DNA of 64,000 nt, from NCBI GenBank assembly GCA_030390025.1, contig JASTWF010000339.1:434001-498000 (forward strand), written 5' to 3'. Shown in pieces: positions 10,578 to 23,479 of this stretch (position 1 is the first letter of the stretch; each line of letters starts with the position of its first letter). The notes under the pieces were generated by a model. That model did not search any database. It had not been told where the DNA came from and saw only the letters and a program-made list of their open reading frames with translations. This DNA is from Squalus acanthias. Its lineage: Eukaryota. A program made the translations under genes and the position numbers.

Positions 10578-11533
10578 GTTTGGCAGGAAAATTGAGGAGA
10601 AGCGAATATAAACTAAATGATACAATTTTAGTGGGGGTGCAGGAACAGAGAGACCTGGGAGTGTATGTAGACAAATCTTTGAAGGTGGTCGGACAAGTTG
10701 AGAAGGCTGTTAAAGAAGCCGATGAGATCCTAAACATTATAAGTAGAGGCACAGAGAACAAAAGCAAGGAAGTCAGGCCAAACCTTTATCAAACACTAGT
10801 TAAGCCTCAGCTGGAATATTTTGTTCAATTCTGGGCATCACAATTTAGGAAGGACGTCAAGATCTTCGAGAGGGTGCAGAGGAGATTTACTAGAATGGTT
10901 CTAGGGATGAGGGACTTCAGTTATGTGGCGAGACTCGAGAAGGTAAGAATTAGGAGCAGGAGTAGGCCATATGGTCCCTTGAGCCTGTTCCGCCTTTCGG
11001 TAAGATCATGGTTGATGTTGGACCTCAACTCCACTTTCCCGCCCGATCTCCATATCCCTTGATTCCCCGAGAGCCCAAAAATCTCTCGATCTCAGCCTTG
11101 AATATACTCATTGAGAAGCTGGGGTTGTTCTCCTTAGAGCAGAGAAGGTTCAGGGGAGATTTAATAGAGGTGTTCAAAATCATGGAGGGTTTTGATACAG
11201 TAAATAAGGAGAAACTGTTTCCAGTGGCAGGAAGGTCGGTAACCAAAGGACAAAGATTTAATGTGATTGGTAAAAGAATCAGAGGCGACATGAGGAGAAT
11301 TTCTTTACGCAGCGAGTTGTGATCTGGAAAGCACTGCCTGAAAGGGCGGTGGAAGTAGCTTCAATAATAACATTCAAAAGAGAGTTGGACAAATACTTGA
11401 AGGGAAAATATTTCCAGGGCTCTGGGGAAAGAGCAGGGGTGTGGAACTAATCGGATAGCTCGACCAAAGAGCTGGCACAGGCAGGACGGGCCGAGTTACC
11501 TCCTTCTGTGCTGTGTCATTCTCTGATTCTATG
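10578..11533 (+). mobile_element. CR1 3' fragment with a nested antisense CR1 tail (~10945-11110)
   Basis: EQRDLGVYV...PQLEYFVQFW...RGDLIEVFK. Confidence 0.85.
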
Positions 11534-12425
11534 ACGTGTCAGGTTCATGCGATTTAAAGAGCATCACAGGGTTTGTGTAAGAATTATCTCGTTTTAGCCA
11601 ACATGTCTAGGTTATGTAAATTGGGCATGTTCACACTGGAAAAGAGTTCGAGAGGTGATATGATTGCTGTTTTTAGGATTCTAAAGGGACCAGATAATGT
11701 CGAGCACCACAAGTTATTTCTCCTTGTCCAGACAGTAGAACCAGAGGACACGGCCTTGCTTGAAGGGGGTCAATTCAAACCCAATCTGCTGAAAGAGTAT
11801 TTCAGTGAGTGAGTGGTCAATCTATGGGACAGGCTGCCTAGGGAGACAGTGGAAGCATTTAGTGTTGATTCATTCAAATGCAAATTAAATAGACATCATT
11901 CCTAGTATAACACTTGGGCACACAGTGTGTGAGTAATTAGAGACATGACATGGGGTAAGTGCAGTGTGCTCGGGAGGAACAGGTGACTGTAGTCCTATGG
12001 TTCCTAAAGCTCTCCACCACTGGGGTTTTCCTCACCTCATGTCTGGGTCTGTTGTAGACTAATCAATAGAGATTGATCGCTGTGATTAGGCAACAACTAC
12101 ATTATTGTTGTATCATGGGACTACCAGGATGGTAGAAGGCCAATCAGATGAGAACTGAAATAATCCAGAGTAAGAAAGGAGAAACGGCCCAAAAATGGAA
12201 GAGTCATTAATTAGTGTCCTCTTATCATGGAGACATCACGGACTCGACACAAAGTGTGCTTGAAACAAATCAGATTTATTCAACATTTATCCAGAATATT
12301 AAACTCCAGCCCAGTTACAGAGATTATTAAGATCAGCAGAAACAAACCCCAACTGACAGAAAGAACATGATTCAGTCCAGGATGTGATTAACAACATCAG
12401 TAACAGCAGAATCCAACCTCTGCAG

Positions 12426-13150
12426 TCATTTCTGAACTCGCTGGTGTCTCAGCAGGTGGGATGATCGAGTGAATCCCTTCCCACACACGGAGCAGGTGAA
12501 CGGCCTCTCCCCAGTGTGAACTCGCTGGTATCTAAGCAGGTTGGATGATTGAGTGAATCCCTTCCCACACTCAGAGCAGGTGAACGGCCTCTCCCCAGTG
12601 TGAACTCGCTGGTGAGTCAGCAGGTTGGATAAATGAGTGAATCCCTTCCCACACACGGAGCAGATGAATGGCTTCTCCCCAGTGTGAGCTTGCTGGTGTT
12701 CAGTGAGGTGGGATGACTGAATTAATCCCTTCCCACACTCGGAGCAGGTGAACAGCCTCTCCCCGGTGTGAACTTGCTGGTGCTGCAGCAGGTGGGATGA
12801 CTGAGTGAATCCCTTCCCACACTCGGAGCAAATGAACGGCCTCTCCCCGATGTGACTGCGCCGATGAGTTTCCAGCTGGGATGGGTAATTGAATCCCTTC
12901 CCACAGTCCCCACATTTCCACGGTTTCTCCGTGGTGCGGGTGTCCTTGTGTCTCTCCAGGTTGGACGATCAGTTGAAGCCTCGTCCACACACAGAACACA
13001 TGTACAGTTTCTCCCCGCTGTGAATGGTGCGATGTGTTTTCAGGCTGTGTAACTGGTTAAAGCTCTCTCCACAGTCAGTGCACTGGAACACTCTTGACGT
13101 GAGGTTTGGTTTGAGTTTCCCGTCTGCAAATCCTCTCCTTCTAATAACCT
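12426..13150 (-). pseudogene. C2H2 ZNF exon (~8 fingers) with an in-frame TGA in finger 2
   Basis: FQCTDCGESF..., GRGFN* at 12969-12971, then an open run of fingers to the stop at 12426; acceptor near 13149. Confidence 0.85.
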
Positions 13151-13255
13151 GTAAAAGGAGTTTACAAAACTCATGACTGTAAATACAGGATAGAAATTCA
13201 GAACAGACAATTCCAGTGTTTATGGAACATTCTTTCCTCTCTTGTTCCCCCAAAC

Positions 13256-13800
13256 ATGTGGTCCAATCAAACTAAAAGAAGACAAAATAAGCAACAAAGT
13301 CCCAACAAAGCAAAGGAACCTTCCCGACTGAACCAGAATGTTGTTCCCAGTGTCTGTGAGACACTCTGTACCCTGAGGTGCCCACCGGTCGCGGAAGGTA
13401 TCAAGCGTGCCGGTGGACACTGCATGCTCCCTCTCCAGGGCCACCCGGGCTTGGACAAGACCACGGGAGAGAGGCAGGCAGCCAGAGTGACCTCCCATGG
13501 GCCTCGTCCATCCTGGACCTACAAATTGCTGTTTTAGCAGGGCCCAAGAGCAGGTCCAGGAGAAGATCCACCGACTTACCCACCCCTCTCCGCACCGGGC
13601 GGCCAAAGATTAGGAGCGTGGGGCTAAAGTCTGAGCAAAAGTTGAGGAGCTGCCCCTTCAGGTAACTCTCCAGGGGCTGCAGCCTCTCACACTGAATATA
13701 TACCTGGCCCATGGACTCCTCTAGACCACAAACATCACATGCGCCCTGGGAGTGGGTGAAGGTGCTGAAAAAGCTGTTGCCCAGGATGCTCCATCTCCCG
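13256..13800 (-). mobile_element. Tx1-clade non-LTR retrotransposon 3' fragment inside the ZNF intron
   Basis: CDVCGLEES...CERLQPL knuckle-like region, LLLGPAKTAICRSR, LEREHAVSTG...FRDRWA; replaces intron sequence seen in paralog 30880-31130. Confidence 0.65.
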
Positions 13801-13804
13801 GGCA

Positions 13805-14015
13805 CAGGGACCCTGAAGCCCCGCCCACTTACTGCTCCTTTACCAAGCTGGCCGCGCATGCGCCGCGATCCAGCTTGACCAAGATGGCGGCCAGTGACAC
13901 CGCACGGCCGTGCCTGTCACCGCGGGGCAAACACGGGGCCTGTGGGCTCTTACTCGGGGCCCGAAGCCTACCCCAGGTGTTGATGGAGCTTCCCGGCCCT
14001 TCGAGCCTGGCCCGC
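13805..14015 (-). promoter_or_regulatory. Truncated ZNF promoter/first-exon module
   Basis: gggaccctgaagccccgcccac, gcgcatgcgc and caagatggcggcc (13880); homologous to 360-600. Confidence 0.6.
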
Positions 14016-14019
14016 CAAT

Positions 14020-14366
14020 CAGTAAGACCATTGCTGATCTTTTACCTCAACTCCAATTTCCTGCACCAACCCCATATCCTTTGATACCCTTAATATTCAA
14101 AAATCTATCGATTTCTATCTTGAAAATACTCAAAGACTGAGCTTCTACAGCCCTCTGGGGTAGAGAATTCCAAAGATTCACCACCCTCTGAGTGAAGAAA
14201 TCTCTCCTCATCTCTGTCCTAAATGGCCGAATCCTTATTCTGAGACTGTGACCCCAGGTTCTGGACACTCCAGCCAGGGAAAACATCCTCCCTGCATCTA
14301 CCCTGTCAAGTCCTGTAAGAATTTTGTAAGTTTGAATGAGATCAACTCTCATTCTTCTAAACTCTA
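14020..14366 (-). mobile_element. CR1 3' fragment
   Basis: ORF 14047..14394 LEFRRMRVDLIQTYK...FFTQRVVNLWNSLP. Confidence 0.9.
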
Positions 14367-14545
14367 ATCTCGGAGACATCAAATATCGACACACTGTGTT
14401 ATTATCAATATCAAAATATTAAACTCCAGCCCAGTTATAGGGGTTATTAACATCACCAGAAACAACTCCCAACTGTCACAATGAATATGGTTCAATCCTG
14501 GATGTGATTAACAGCAGGAATAACAGCAGAATCCAATCTCTGCAG

Positions 14546-15100
14546 TCACTTGTGAACTCGCTGGTGTCTCAGCAGGCTGGATGACCGAGTGAATCCCTTC
14601 CCACACTCAGAGCAGGTGAACGGCCTCTCCCCGGTGTGAACTCGCTGGTGTTTCAGCAAGCTGGAGGAATCAGTGAATCTTTTCCCACACATGGAGCAAG
14701 TGAACGGCCTCTCCCCAGTGTGAGTATGTTGGTGTGCTGTGAGGCCAGATGACTGAGCGAATCCCTGCCCACATTCAGAGCAGGTGAACGGCTTCTCCTC
14801 AGTGTGAACTCGCTGGTGAGTTAGAAGGTTGGATGACTGAGTGAATCCCTTCCCACACTCAAAGCAGGTGAACGGCCTCTCCCCAGTGTGAACTCGCTGG
14901 TGTGTCAGCAGGTAGGATGAACACTTGAACCTCATCCCGCAGTGAGAGCAACTGAACGGTTTCTATCCAGTGTGAACTCGCTGGTGTCTCAGCAGGTTGG
15001 ATGACTGAGTGAATCCCTTCCCACACACGGGGCAGGTGAACAGTCTCACCCCAGTGTGAACTCACTGGTGTCTCAGCAGGTCGGATAACTGAGTGAATCC
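14546..15100 (-). pseudogene. 5'-truncated C2H2 ZNF exon (~6 fingers); the last ~4.5 fingers are open from ATG 14935
   Basis: ORF 14546..14935; in-frame TAG near 14964; finger homology stops abruptly at ~15100. Confidence 0.8.
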
Positions 15101-15302
15101 CAGGAGGAGTTGTGTCTCTTCAAACAAAGGGTTAATCATAGTAACAACCGTGTTTTCCAAACTGACTTGAGGTAATCAGCTGAAGAAACTAATATAACAA
15201 TGCATTGTCTTTACATTGTCGTTATGTTGACTTTTAGCCTGTGTGTTAAATAGATAAGTATGATTCTTTACAGACCCTCCCAAACCCATCTCCAGTTCTC
15301 CT

Positions 15303-15852
15303 TATTTACAGACGCTCCCTGAGCAGTCTGCATTTCTCCTTACTTACAGACACTCCCTGACCAGTCTCCATTTCTCCTCTATTTACAGACGCTCCCTGAC
15401 TAGTCTCCATTTCTCCTCTATTTACAGACGCTCCCTGACCAGTCTCCATTTCTCCCCCATTTACAGATGCTCTCTGATCACTCTCCATTTCTCCTCCATT
15501 TACAGACGCTCCCTGACCAGTCACCATTTCTCCTCCATTTACAGACGCTCCCTGACCAGTCATCATTTCTCGTCATTTACAGACGCTCCCTGACCACTCT
15601 CCATTTCTCATTATTTACAGACGCTCCCTGACCAGTCTCCATTTCTCCTCCATTTACGGACGCTCCCTGACCACTCTCCATTTCTCGTTATTTACAGACG
15701 CTCCCTGACCAGTCACTATTTCTCCTCCATTTACAGACGCTCCCTGACCACTCTCCATTTCTCGTTATTTACAGACGCTCCCTGACCAATCACTATTTCT
15801 CTTCCATTTACAGACGCTCCCTGACCAGTCTCCATTTCTAGACGCTCCCTGA
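15303..15852. repeat. 37-39 bp minisatellite (~14 units), probably intronic
   Basis: tttacagacgctccctgaccagtctccatttctcctcca units. Confidence 0.92.
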
Positions 15853-15899
15853 CTCGCTGGGGATTTCCCAGCACTTCCTGGTTGTCCCGGAGTTTGTGT

Positions 15900-16250
15900 C
15901 TTAAACTGGTGGGTAGTTGTGGGGAGGCGGATAATGTTGAGTGTTTTCTCCGGGCCGGGCCTGGGGCCGCACTCAGGGTGTGAGCAGCCCGCGTCCCCCC
16001 GGGGTTTATTAACCCGCTCCCTGAGCTCTCTCACCTGATGTGTCAGCGGGTGCTGCCAAGGTCCACGCATGCTCAGCTCACACTGCCCGGGTGATTGACG
16101 GGAGATCCGGACCAATAGAAAGAGTGGGGCGGGGCTGGAGGACCGAGCGGGCGGTTGGTCTTCCAACCAATCGGAGTGTATGAGGGGCAGGGCTTACGGC
16201 TCCCAGTGGGCGGGGTTCAGCCCGGAGCTCCCTCATTGGCTGAAACTCTG
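15900..16250 (-). promoter_or_regulatory. CCAAT/GC-box CpG promoter with first-exon donor
   Basis: CCAAT 16112 and 16167, ATTGG 16235, GC boxes 16126 and 16208; minus-strand CAG|GTGAGA at 16034/16035. Confidence 0.6.
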
Positions 16251-16423
16251 CATCATTTTCAAACATGATTTCTCTCAAGCTCCAGGGACCATGCTAATAT
16301 ATTACCCCCAATCCCATGAGCCCTAATTTTGTTTAATAACCTCTTGTGTGGCATCTTATCGATTGTTTCTGAAAATCCAAATACACCACATCCACTGGTT
16401 CCCCCTTATCTATCCTGCTAGTA

Positions 16424-19420
16424 ACAAACAGTCAGGGGGAGATAGAGGAAAAGATATAGAAACATAGAAACTAGGAGCAGGAGTAGGCCATTCGGCCCGT
16501 CGAGCCTGCTCCACCATTCAATACGATCATGGCTGATCATCCAAATCCAGTACCCTGTCCCTGCTTTCTCACACAGAATCCCCATCGAGCCTGCACCGAC
16601 ACATATCCCACCCTATCCCCGTAACCCCACGTATTTAATTCCCCCTAACATATCCCATCCTATCCCCGTAACCCCACATATTTAATCCCCCCCCTAACAC
16701 TAAGGGTCAATTTATCATAGCCAAATCAACCTAACTCGCACATTTTTGGACTGTGGGAGGAAACCGGAGCACTCGGAGGAAACCCACGCAGACACGGGGA
16801 GAATGTGCAAACTCCACACAGACAGTCACCCGAGGCCAGATTCGAACCCGGGTCCCTGGCGCTGTGAGGCACCAGTGCTAACCACTATGCCACCGTGTTG
16901 CCCAGCAGGCAAATCTCAGAGAAGTGTAGAAATAATAGGGTAATAATAGTAGGGGATTTGAACTTCCCCAATATTAACTGGGATAGTCAGAGTGTGAAAG
17001 GCTTAGAGGGTGCGGAATTCTTAAAGTGCATCCAGGAGAGCTTTTTGAGCCAGCATGTAGAAAGTCCGACAAGAGAGGGGGCAGTACTGGACCTAATTCT
17101 AGGGAATGTAGCCGGGCAAGTGGTAAAAGTGTCAGTAGGAGAGCATTTTGGTGACAGTGACCATAATTCGTTGAGCTTTAAGGTAGTCATGGAAAAGGAC
17201 AAAGATGGACTGGAAATAAAGGTTCTAAATTGGGGGAAGGCCGATTTTAACATGATAAGGCAGGATCTGGCCAAAGTGGACTGGGATCAGCTACTTGTAG
17301 GAAAATCCACATCAGAGCACTGGAAGTCATCCAGAAAGGAAATAGAAAGAGTACAGCACCAACATGTTCCCATAAAGGTCAAGGGTGGGACCAACAAGTC
17401 CAGGGAACACTGGATGTCAAAGGATATACAAGAGTGGATTAGGAAAAAAAGGGAGGCTTTAGGCAGATACAAAGGACTAAAAACAGTAGAAGCCCCAGAG
17501 GAGTATAAAAAGTGCAGGGGGGTACTTAAAAAAGAAATTAGGAGAGCGAAGAGGGGGCATGAAAAAACACTGGCGGGCAAAATAAAGGAAAATCCCAAGG
17601 TGTTTTATAAGTATATTAAGGGCAAGAGGATAACCAGGGAAAGAGTAGGGCCCATTAGGGACCAAAGTGGCAATCTGTGTGTAGAGCCGGAAGATGTGGG
17701 CGAGGTTTTAAATGAATATTTTGCATCTGTGTTCACTATGGAGAAGGACGATGTAGGCATAGAAATCAGGCAGGGGGATTGTGATATATTAGAACAAATT
17801 AGCATTGCGAGGGAGGAGGTACTAGCGGTTTTAGCGGGCTTAAAAGTGGATAAATCCCCAGGCCCAAACAAGATGTATCCCAGGCTGCTGTGTGAGGCAA
17901 GGGAGGAGATTGCAGGGGCTCTGACACAAATTTTCAGATCCTCTCTGGCCACAGGGGAGGTGCCAGAGAACTGGAGGACAGATAATGTAGTACCGTTATT
18001 CAAGAAGGGTAGTAGAGATAAACCAGGGAATTACAGGCCAGTGAGCCTAACATCAGTGGTAGGGAAATTATTGGAAAAAATTCTGAGGGACAGAATTAGT
18101 CTCCATTTGGAGAGGCAAGGGTTAATCAAGGATAGTCAGCATGGCTTTGTCAGGGGGAGATCATGTCTAACCAATTTGATTGATTTTTTGAGGGGGTGAC
18201 TAGGTGTGTGGATGAAGGTAGTGCAGTTGATGTTGTCTACATGGACTTCAGTAAGGCTTTTGACAAAGTCCCGCATGGGAGACTGATCAAGAAGGTAAGA
18301 GCCCATGGGATCCAGGGCAATTTGGCACATTGGATCCAAAATTGGCTTAGTGGCAGGAGGCAGAGGGTGATGGTCGAAGGTTGTTTTTGTGACTGGAAGC
18401 CTGTGTCCAGTGGTGTACCGCAGGGATCGGTGCTGGGTCCCTTGCTGTTTGTAGTGTACATTAATGATTTAGATATGAATGTAGGAGCTATGATCAGTCA
18501 GTTCGCAGATGACACGAAAATTTGTGGAGTGGTAAATAGCGAGGAGGGAAGCCTCAGGCTACAGGACGATATAGATGAGTGGGTCAGATGGGCAGAACAG
18601 TGGCAAATGGAATTTAACCCTGAAAAGTGTGAGGTGATGCATTTTGGGAGGACTAATAAGGCAAGGGAATACACAATGAATGGTAGGACCCTAGGAAGGA
18701 TGGAGGATCAGAGGGTCCTTGGTGTGCATGTACATAGATCCCTGAAGGCAGCAGGACAGGTAGATAAGGTGGTTAAGAAGGCATATGGGATACTTGCCTT
18801 CATTAGCCGAGGCATAGAATATAAGAGCAGGGAGGTTATGATGGAGCTGTACAAAACGCTAGTTAGGCCACAGCTGGAATACTGTGTGCAGTTCTGGTCG
18901 CCACACTATAGGATTGATGTGATTGTATTGGAGAGGGTGCAGAGGAGATTCACCAGGATGTTACCTGGGCTGGAGCGTTTCAGCTATGAAGAGAGGCTGG
19001 ACAGGCTGGTGTTGTTTTCCTTGGAGCAGAGAAGGCTGAGGGGGGACCTGATTGAGGTGTACAAAATTATGAGGGGCATAGATAGGGGAGATAGAAAGGA
19101 ACTTGTCCCCTTAGTAGAGGGTTCAATAACCAGGGGGCATAGTTTCAAGGTAAGGGGCAGGAGGTTTAGAGAGGATCTGAGGAAAAACTTTTTCACCCAG
19201 AGGGTGGTTGGAATCTGGAACTCACTGCCTGAAAGGGTGGTAGAGGCAGGAACCCTCACAACATTCAAGAAGCATTTAGATGAGCACTTGAAACGCCACA
19301 GCATACAAGGCTACGGACCAAGTGCTGGAAACTGGGATTAGAATAGACAGGGCTTGATGGCCGGCGCGGACACGATGGGCCGAAGGGCCTCTTTCTGTGC
19401 TGTCTAACTCTATGACTCTA
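16424..19420 (+). mobile_element. Long CR1 LINE with near-intact ORF2 (partial endonuclease + RT), one frameshift near 18190
   Basis: ORFs 16895..18199 and 18196..19341: [42 protein letters not shown]; tail taactctatgactcta; 5' part interrupted at 16459-16903. Confidence 0.95.
16575..16903 (-). mobile_element. HE1-type V-SINE
   Basis: Minus strand: tRNA head ggtggcatagtggttagcac...ggttcgaatc, then V-domain gtgtggagtttgcacattctccccgtgtctgcgtgggtttcctcc; internal ~48-bp duplication. Confidence 0.9.
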
Positions 19421-20145
19421 AAGAGCTATCCGGCCTAATCCCATTTTCTAGCACTTGGTCCGCAGCCTTGTAGGTTACGGCACTTCAAGTGTATATCCAA
19501 GTACTTTTTAAATGTGATGAGGGTCTCTGCCTCCACCACCCTTTCAGAGCAGGGAGGTTATGCTTGAATTGTATAAAACACTAGTTAGGCCACAGCTAGA
19601 GTACTGCGTGCAGTTCTGGTCACCACATTACAGGAAGAATGTGATTGCACTGGAGAGGGTACAGAGGAGATTTACGAGGATGTTGCCTGGACTGGAGAAT
19701 TTTAGCTATGAGGAAAGATTGGATAGGTTGGGGTTGTTTCTTTTGGAACAGAGGAGGCTGAGGGGAGACCTTATTGAGGTGTATAAAATTGAGGGGCCCA
19801 GATAGAGTGGATAGGAAGGACTTATTTACCTCAGCAGAGGGGTCAACATCCAGGGGCACAGATTTAAAGTAATTGGTAGGAGGCTTAGAGGAGATTTGAG
19901 GGGAAATTTCTTCACCCACAGGGTGGTGGGGGTCTGGAGCTCACTGCCTGAAAGGGTGGTAGAGGCAGAAACCCTCACCACATTTAAAAAGTGCTTGGAT
20001 GTACACTTGAAGAGCCGTAACCTACAGGGCTACGGACCAAGAGCTGGGAAGTGGGACTAGGCTGGATGGCTCTTTGTCAGCCGGCGCGGAAACGATGGGC
20101 CGAAATGGCCTCCTTCCGTGCCGTGAATTTCTCTGATTCTATGAT
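19421..20145 (+). mobile_element. CR1 3' fragment preceded by a short antisense CR1 piece (19421-19546)
   Basis: ORF 19560..19805 and the CR1 tail. Confidence 0.85.
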
Positions 20146-20189
20146 CAGGATCAGGAGCAGGAGTCGGCCATACGGCCCCTCGAGCCTGC

Positions 20190-20276
20190 CCCATCTCACC
20201 TACTGACACACCAGCATGTTCGTAATGGGGAGAATCCGTTCACTGCTCTGTATGTGGAAAGGGATTCAATCGATCA
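20190..20276 (+). pseudogene. Short ZNF-B relic between CR1 copies
   Basis: Matches ~53341-53422 (catgttcgtaatggggagaatccgttcactgctctgtatgtgg). Confidence 0.7.
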
Positions 20277-22078
20277 GAGGCTGAGACAGGAGGAATTATT
20301 ATGGGGAATAAGGAAATGGCAGAAACGTTGAACAAATATTGTGTATCTGTCTTCACAGTAGAAGACACAAAAAGCAGACCAAAAATTGTGGGAAACCAAG
20401 GGTCTAATGAGGGTGAGGAACTTAATGTCATTAATATCAGTAGAGAAAAAGTACTAGAGAAACTAATGGGACTAAAAGCTGACAAATCCCCTGGACCTGA
20501 CGGCCTACATCCAATGGTTCTAAAAGAGGTGGCTGAAGAGACAGTGGATGCATTGGTTGTGATCTTCCAAAATTCCCCAGATTCTAGAACGGTCCCAGCA
20601 GATTGGAAGGTCGCAAATGTAACACCGCTATTCAAGAAAGGAGGGAGAGAGAAAACAGGGAACTACAGACCAGTTAACCTGACATCAGTCGTCAGGAAAA
20701 TGCTGGAATCCACTGTTAAGGAAGTGGTATCAAGTCACTTAGAAAATAATAACATGATTAGGCAGAGTCAACATGGTTTTATGAAAGGGAAATCATGTTT
20801 GACAAATTTATTAGAGTTTTTTGAGGATGTAACTAGCAGGGTAGATAAAGGGAACCAGTGGATGTAGTATATTTGGATTTCTAAAAGGCATTCGATAAGG
20901 TGCCACATAAAAGGTTATTACACAAGATTAGGGCTCATGGGGTTGGGGTAATATAGCAGCATAGATAGAGGATTGGTTAACAGACAGAAAGCAGAGAGTA
21001 GGAATAAACGGATCTTTTTCCGGTTGGCAGGCTGTAACTAGTGGGGTGCCGCAAGGATCAATGTTAGGGCCTCAGCTATTTACAATCTATATTAATGAGC
21101 TAGATGAAGGGACCGAGTGTAATATATCCAAGTTTGCTGATGATACAAAGCTAGGTGGGACAGTAAGCTGCGAGGAGAACACAAAGAGTCTGCAAAGGGA
21201 TATAGATAGACTAAGTGAGTGAGCAGTAAGATGGCAGATGGAGTATAATGTAGGGAAATGTGAGGTTATTCACTTTGGTAAGAAGAATAGAAAAACAGAA
21301 TATATTGTAAATGGTGAGAAACTTTCAAATGTTGGTGTTCAGAGAGATTTGGGTGTCCTCGTGCAAGAAACACAGAAAGCTAGCATGCAGGTACAGCAAG
21401 CAATAAGGAAGGCAAATGGCATGTTGGCCTTGAAAGCAAGGGGCTTGGAGTATAAGAGTAAGGAAGTCTTGCTACAATTGTACAGGGTCTTGGTGAGACC
21501 ACACCTGGAGTACTGTGCACAGTTTTGGTCTCCTTATCTAAGGAAGGATATACTTGCCTTGGAGGCGGTGCAGTGAAGGTTCACTAGATTGATTCCTGGG
21601 ATGAGAGGGCTGTCCTATGATGAGAGATTGTGTAGAATGGGCCTATACTCTCTGGAGTTTAGAAGAATGAGAGGTGATCTCATTGAAACATACAAGATTC
21701 TGAAGGGGATTGACAGGGTAGATGCTGAGAGGTGGTAGATGCTGAGAGGTTGTTTCCCCTGGCTGGAGTATCTAGAACTAGGGGGCATAGTCTCAGGATA
21801 AGGGGTCGGCCATTTAAGACTGAGATGAGGAGGAATTTCTTCACTCAGAGGGTTGTGAATCTTTGGAATTCTCTGCCCCAGAGGGCTGTGAATGTTCAGT
21901 CTTTGAGTATATTCAAGGCTGAGATAGATAGATTTTTGGACTCTAGGGGAATCAAGGGATATGGAGATCGGGCGGGAAAGTGGAGTTGAGGTCGATGATC
22001 AGCCATGATCTTATTGAATGGTGGAGCAGGCTCGAGGGGCCGTATGGCCCACTCCTGCTCTTATTTCTTATGTTCTTC
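20276..22078 (+). mobile_element. CR1 LINE RT region, decayed
   Basis: ORFs 20301..20867, 21238..21576 and 21732..21989. Confidence 0.92.
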
Positions 22079-22159
22079 TCTGCTGGGTTTTGGCAGGAAT
22101 CGAGGAAAAAACAGCTGGAAATTCCCTGATCTGTGATTTACAAGGACACTTTCCCTGGT

Positions 22160-22740
22160 GCATAAGAAACAGGAGCTGGAGTCGGCCATTCGGCCCCTCG
22201 AGTCTGCTCCGCCATTCAATAAGATCATGGCTGATCTGATCTTGGCCTCAACTCCACTTTCCTGCCCTCTCCCCATAACCCTTGATTCCCCTGTTTTTCA
22301 AAAATCTGTCTATCTCCACCTTAAATATATTCAATGACTCCGCCTCCACAGCTCTCTGGGGTAGAGAATTCCACAGATTCACGACCCTCTGAGAGAAGAA
22401 ATTCCTCCTCATCTCCGTTTTAAATGGGTGACCCTTTATTCTGAAATTATGCCCCCTCGTTCTAGATTCCCCCATGAGGGGAAACATCCTCTCAGCATCG
22501 ACCCTGTCAAGCCCCCTCAGAATCTTATGTTTCAATAAGATCACCTCATTCTTCTAAACTCCAATGAGTATCGGCCCAACCTGCTCAACCTTTCCTCATA
22601 AGACAACCCCTTCAACTGAAGAATCAACCTCGTGAAGCTTCTCTGAACTGCCTCCAATGCAAGTCTATCCCTCCTTCAATAAGGAGAGTGAAACTGTCCG
22701 CAGTACTCCAGGTGTGGTCTCACTAACGCCCTGTGCAGTG
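22160..22740 (-). mobile_element. CR1 3' fragment
   Basis: ORF 22248..22544. Confidence 0.88.
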
Positions 22741-22782
22741 GTTCCCAGCAGTTACTTTTCTTCAGTAATGTTCTCGATCACA

Positions 22783-22890
22783 ATGTTCTGACGAAAGGTC
22801 ATCGACCCGAAACGTTAACTCTGTTTCTCTCTTCACAGATGCTGCCTGACCTGCTGAGTATCTCCAGCATTTTCTGTTTGTATTTCTCTG
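22783..22890 (+). mobile_element. Penelope-like 3' end fragment with an intact minimal hammerhead core
   Basis: gtt-CTGACGA-a-aggtc-atc-gaccc-GAAA-cg-TT-aac at 22785-22819; the rest matches 43060-43130. Confidence 0.75.
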
Positions 22891-23479
22891 TTACTAAACG
22901 GCCCCCTGCTGTTAATGATGTCATCTCTTATAGTTTCACAATTACACGGATAAACATCACACATTATAATCTGATCTATTCTATTACTCACTCTGGTTTA
23001 AGCTTATAGTGTGGTTAGTAACAGACAGAACCTGTTTTTTCCCCTGATCTGATTACAGACTCCAACATGTCGATTCAGAGAATGGAATGTCTTACCAGTG
23101 TTGCCATGGTGACCTGTCTGCAGTGAATGGCCTGTTTGAGTTTCTAACTCAGACTAAACTTCTCTCTCCCATAATACACATTATATCAGACATTTATGTT
23201 AATGAATTTTAGCCATGTTATGTTAATATCTTTAAAATCTGCTGGGAGATCAGATACACAAATCTTTAAAAGTTGGAGGACAAGTTTATAAAGTGGTTTA
23301 AAAATGTTACCCGAGGTTTTTTATCAATGGGGCGTAGAAAACAAAACCATCGGTTCGGCTGCAGTTAGAACAAGTTTTGGGCATCTTCCACTAGGAAGGA
23401 TGTCGGGGCCACAGAGAGGCTGCAGAATCAATTCACTGAGGTTATACCACGGATGAGAGGCTTTAGTTATCAGAGAATC

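Noticed and set aside
16840..16903. tRNA gene
   Set aside because: The A/B boxes belong to the HE1 SINE head and continue directly into the V-domain
17287..19304. Antisense ORFs over CR1 ORF2
   Set aside because: Shadow frames recurring over every CR1 copy, with no independent coding signal
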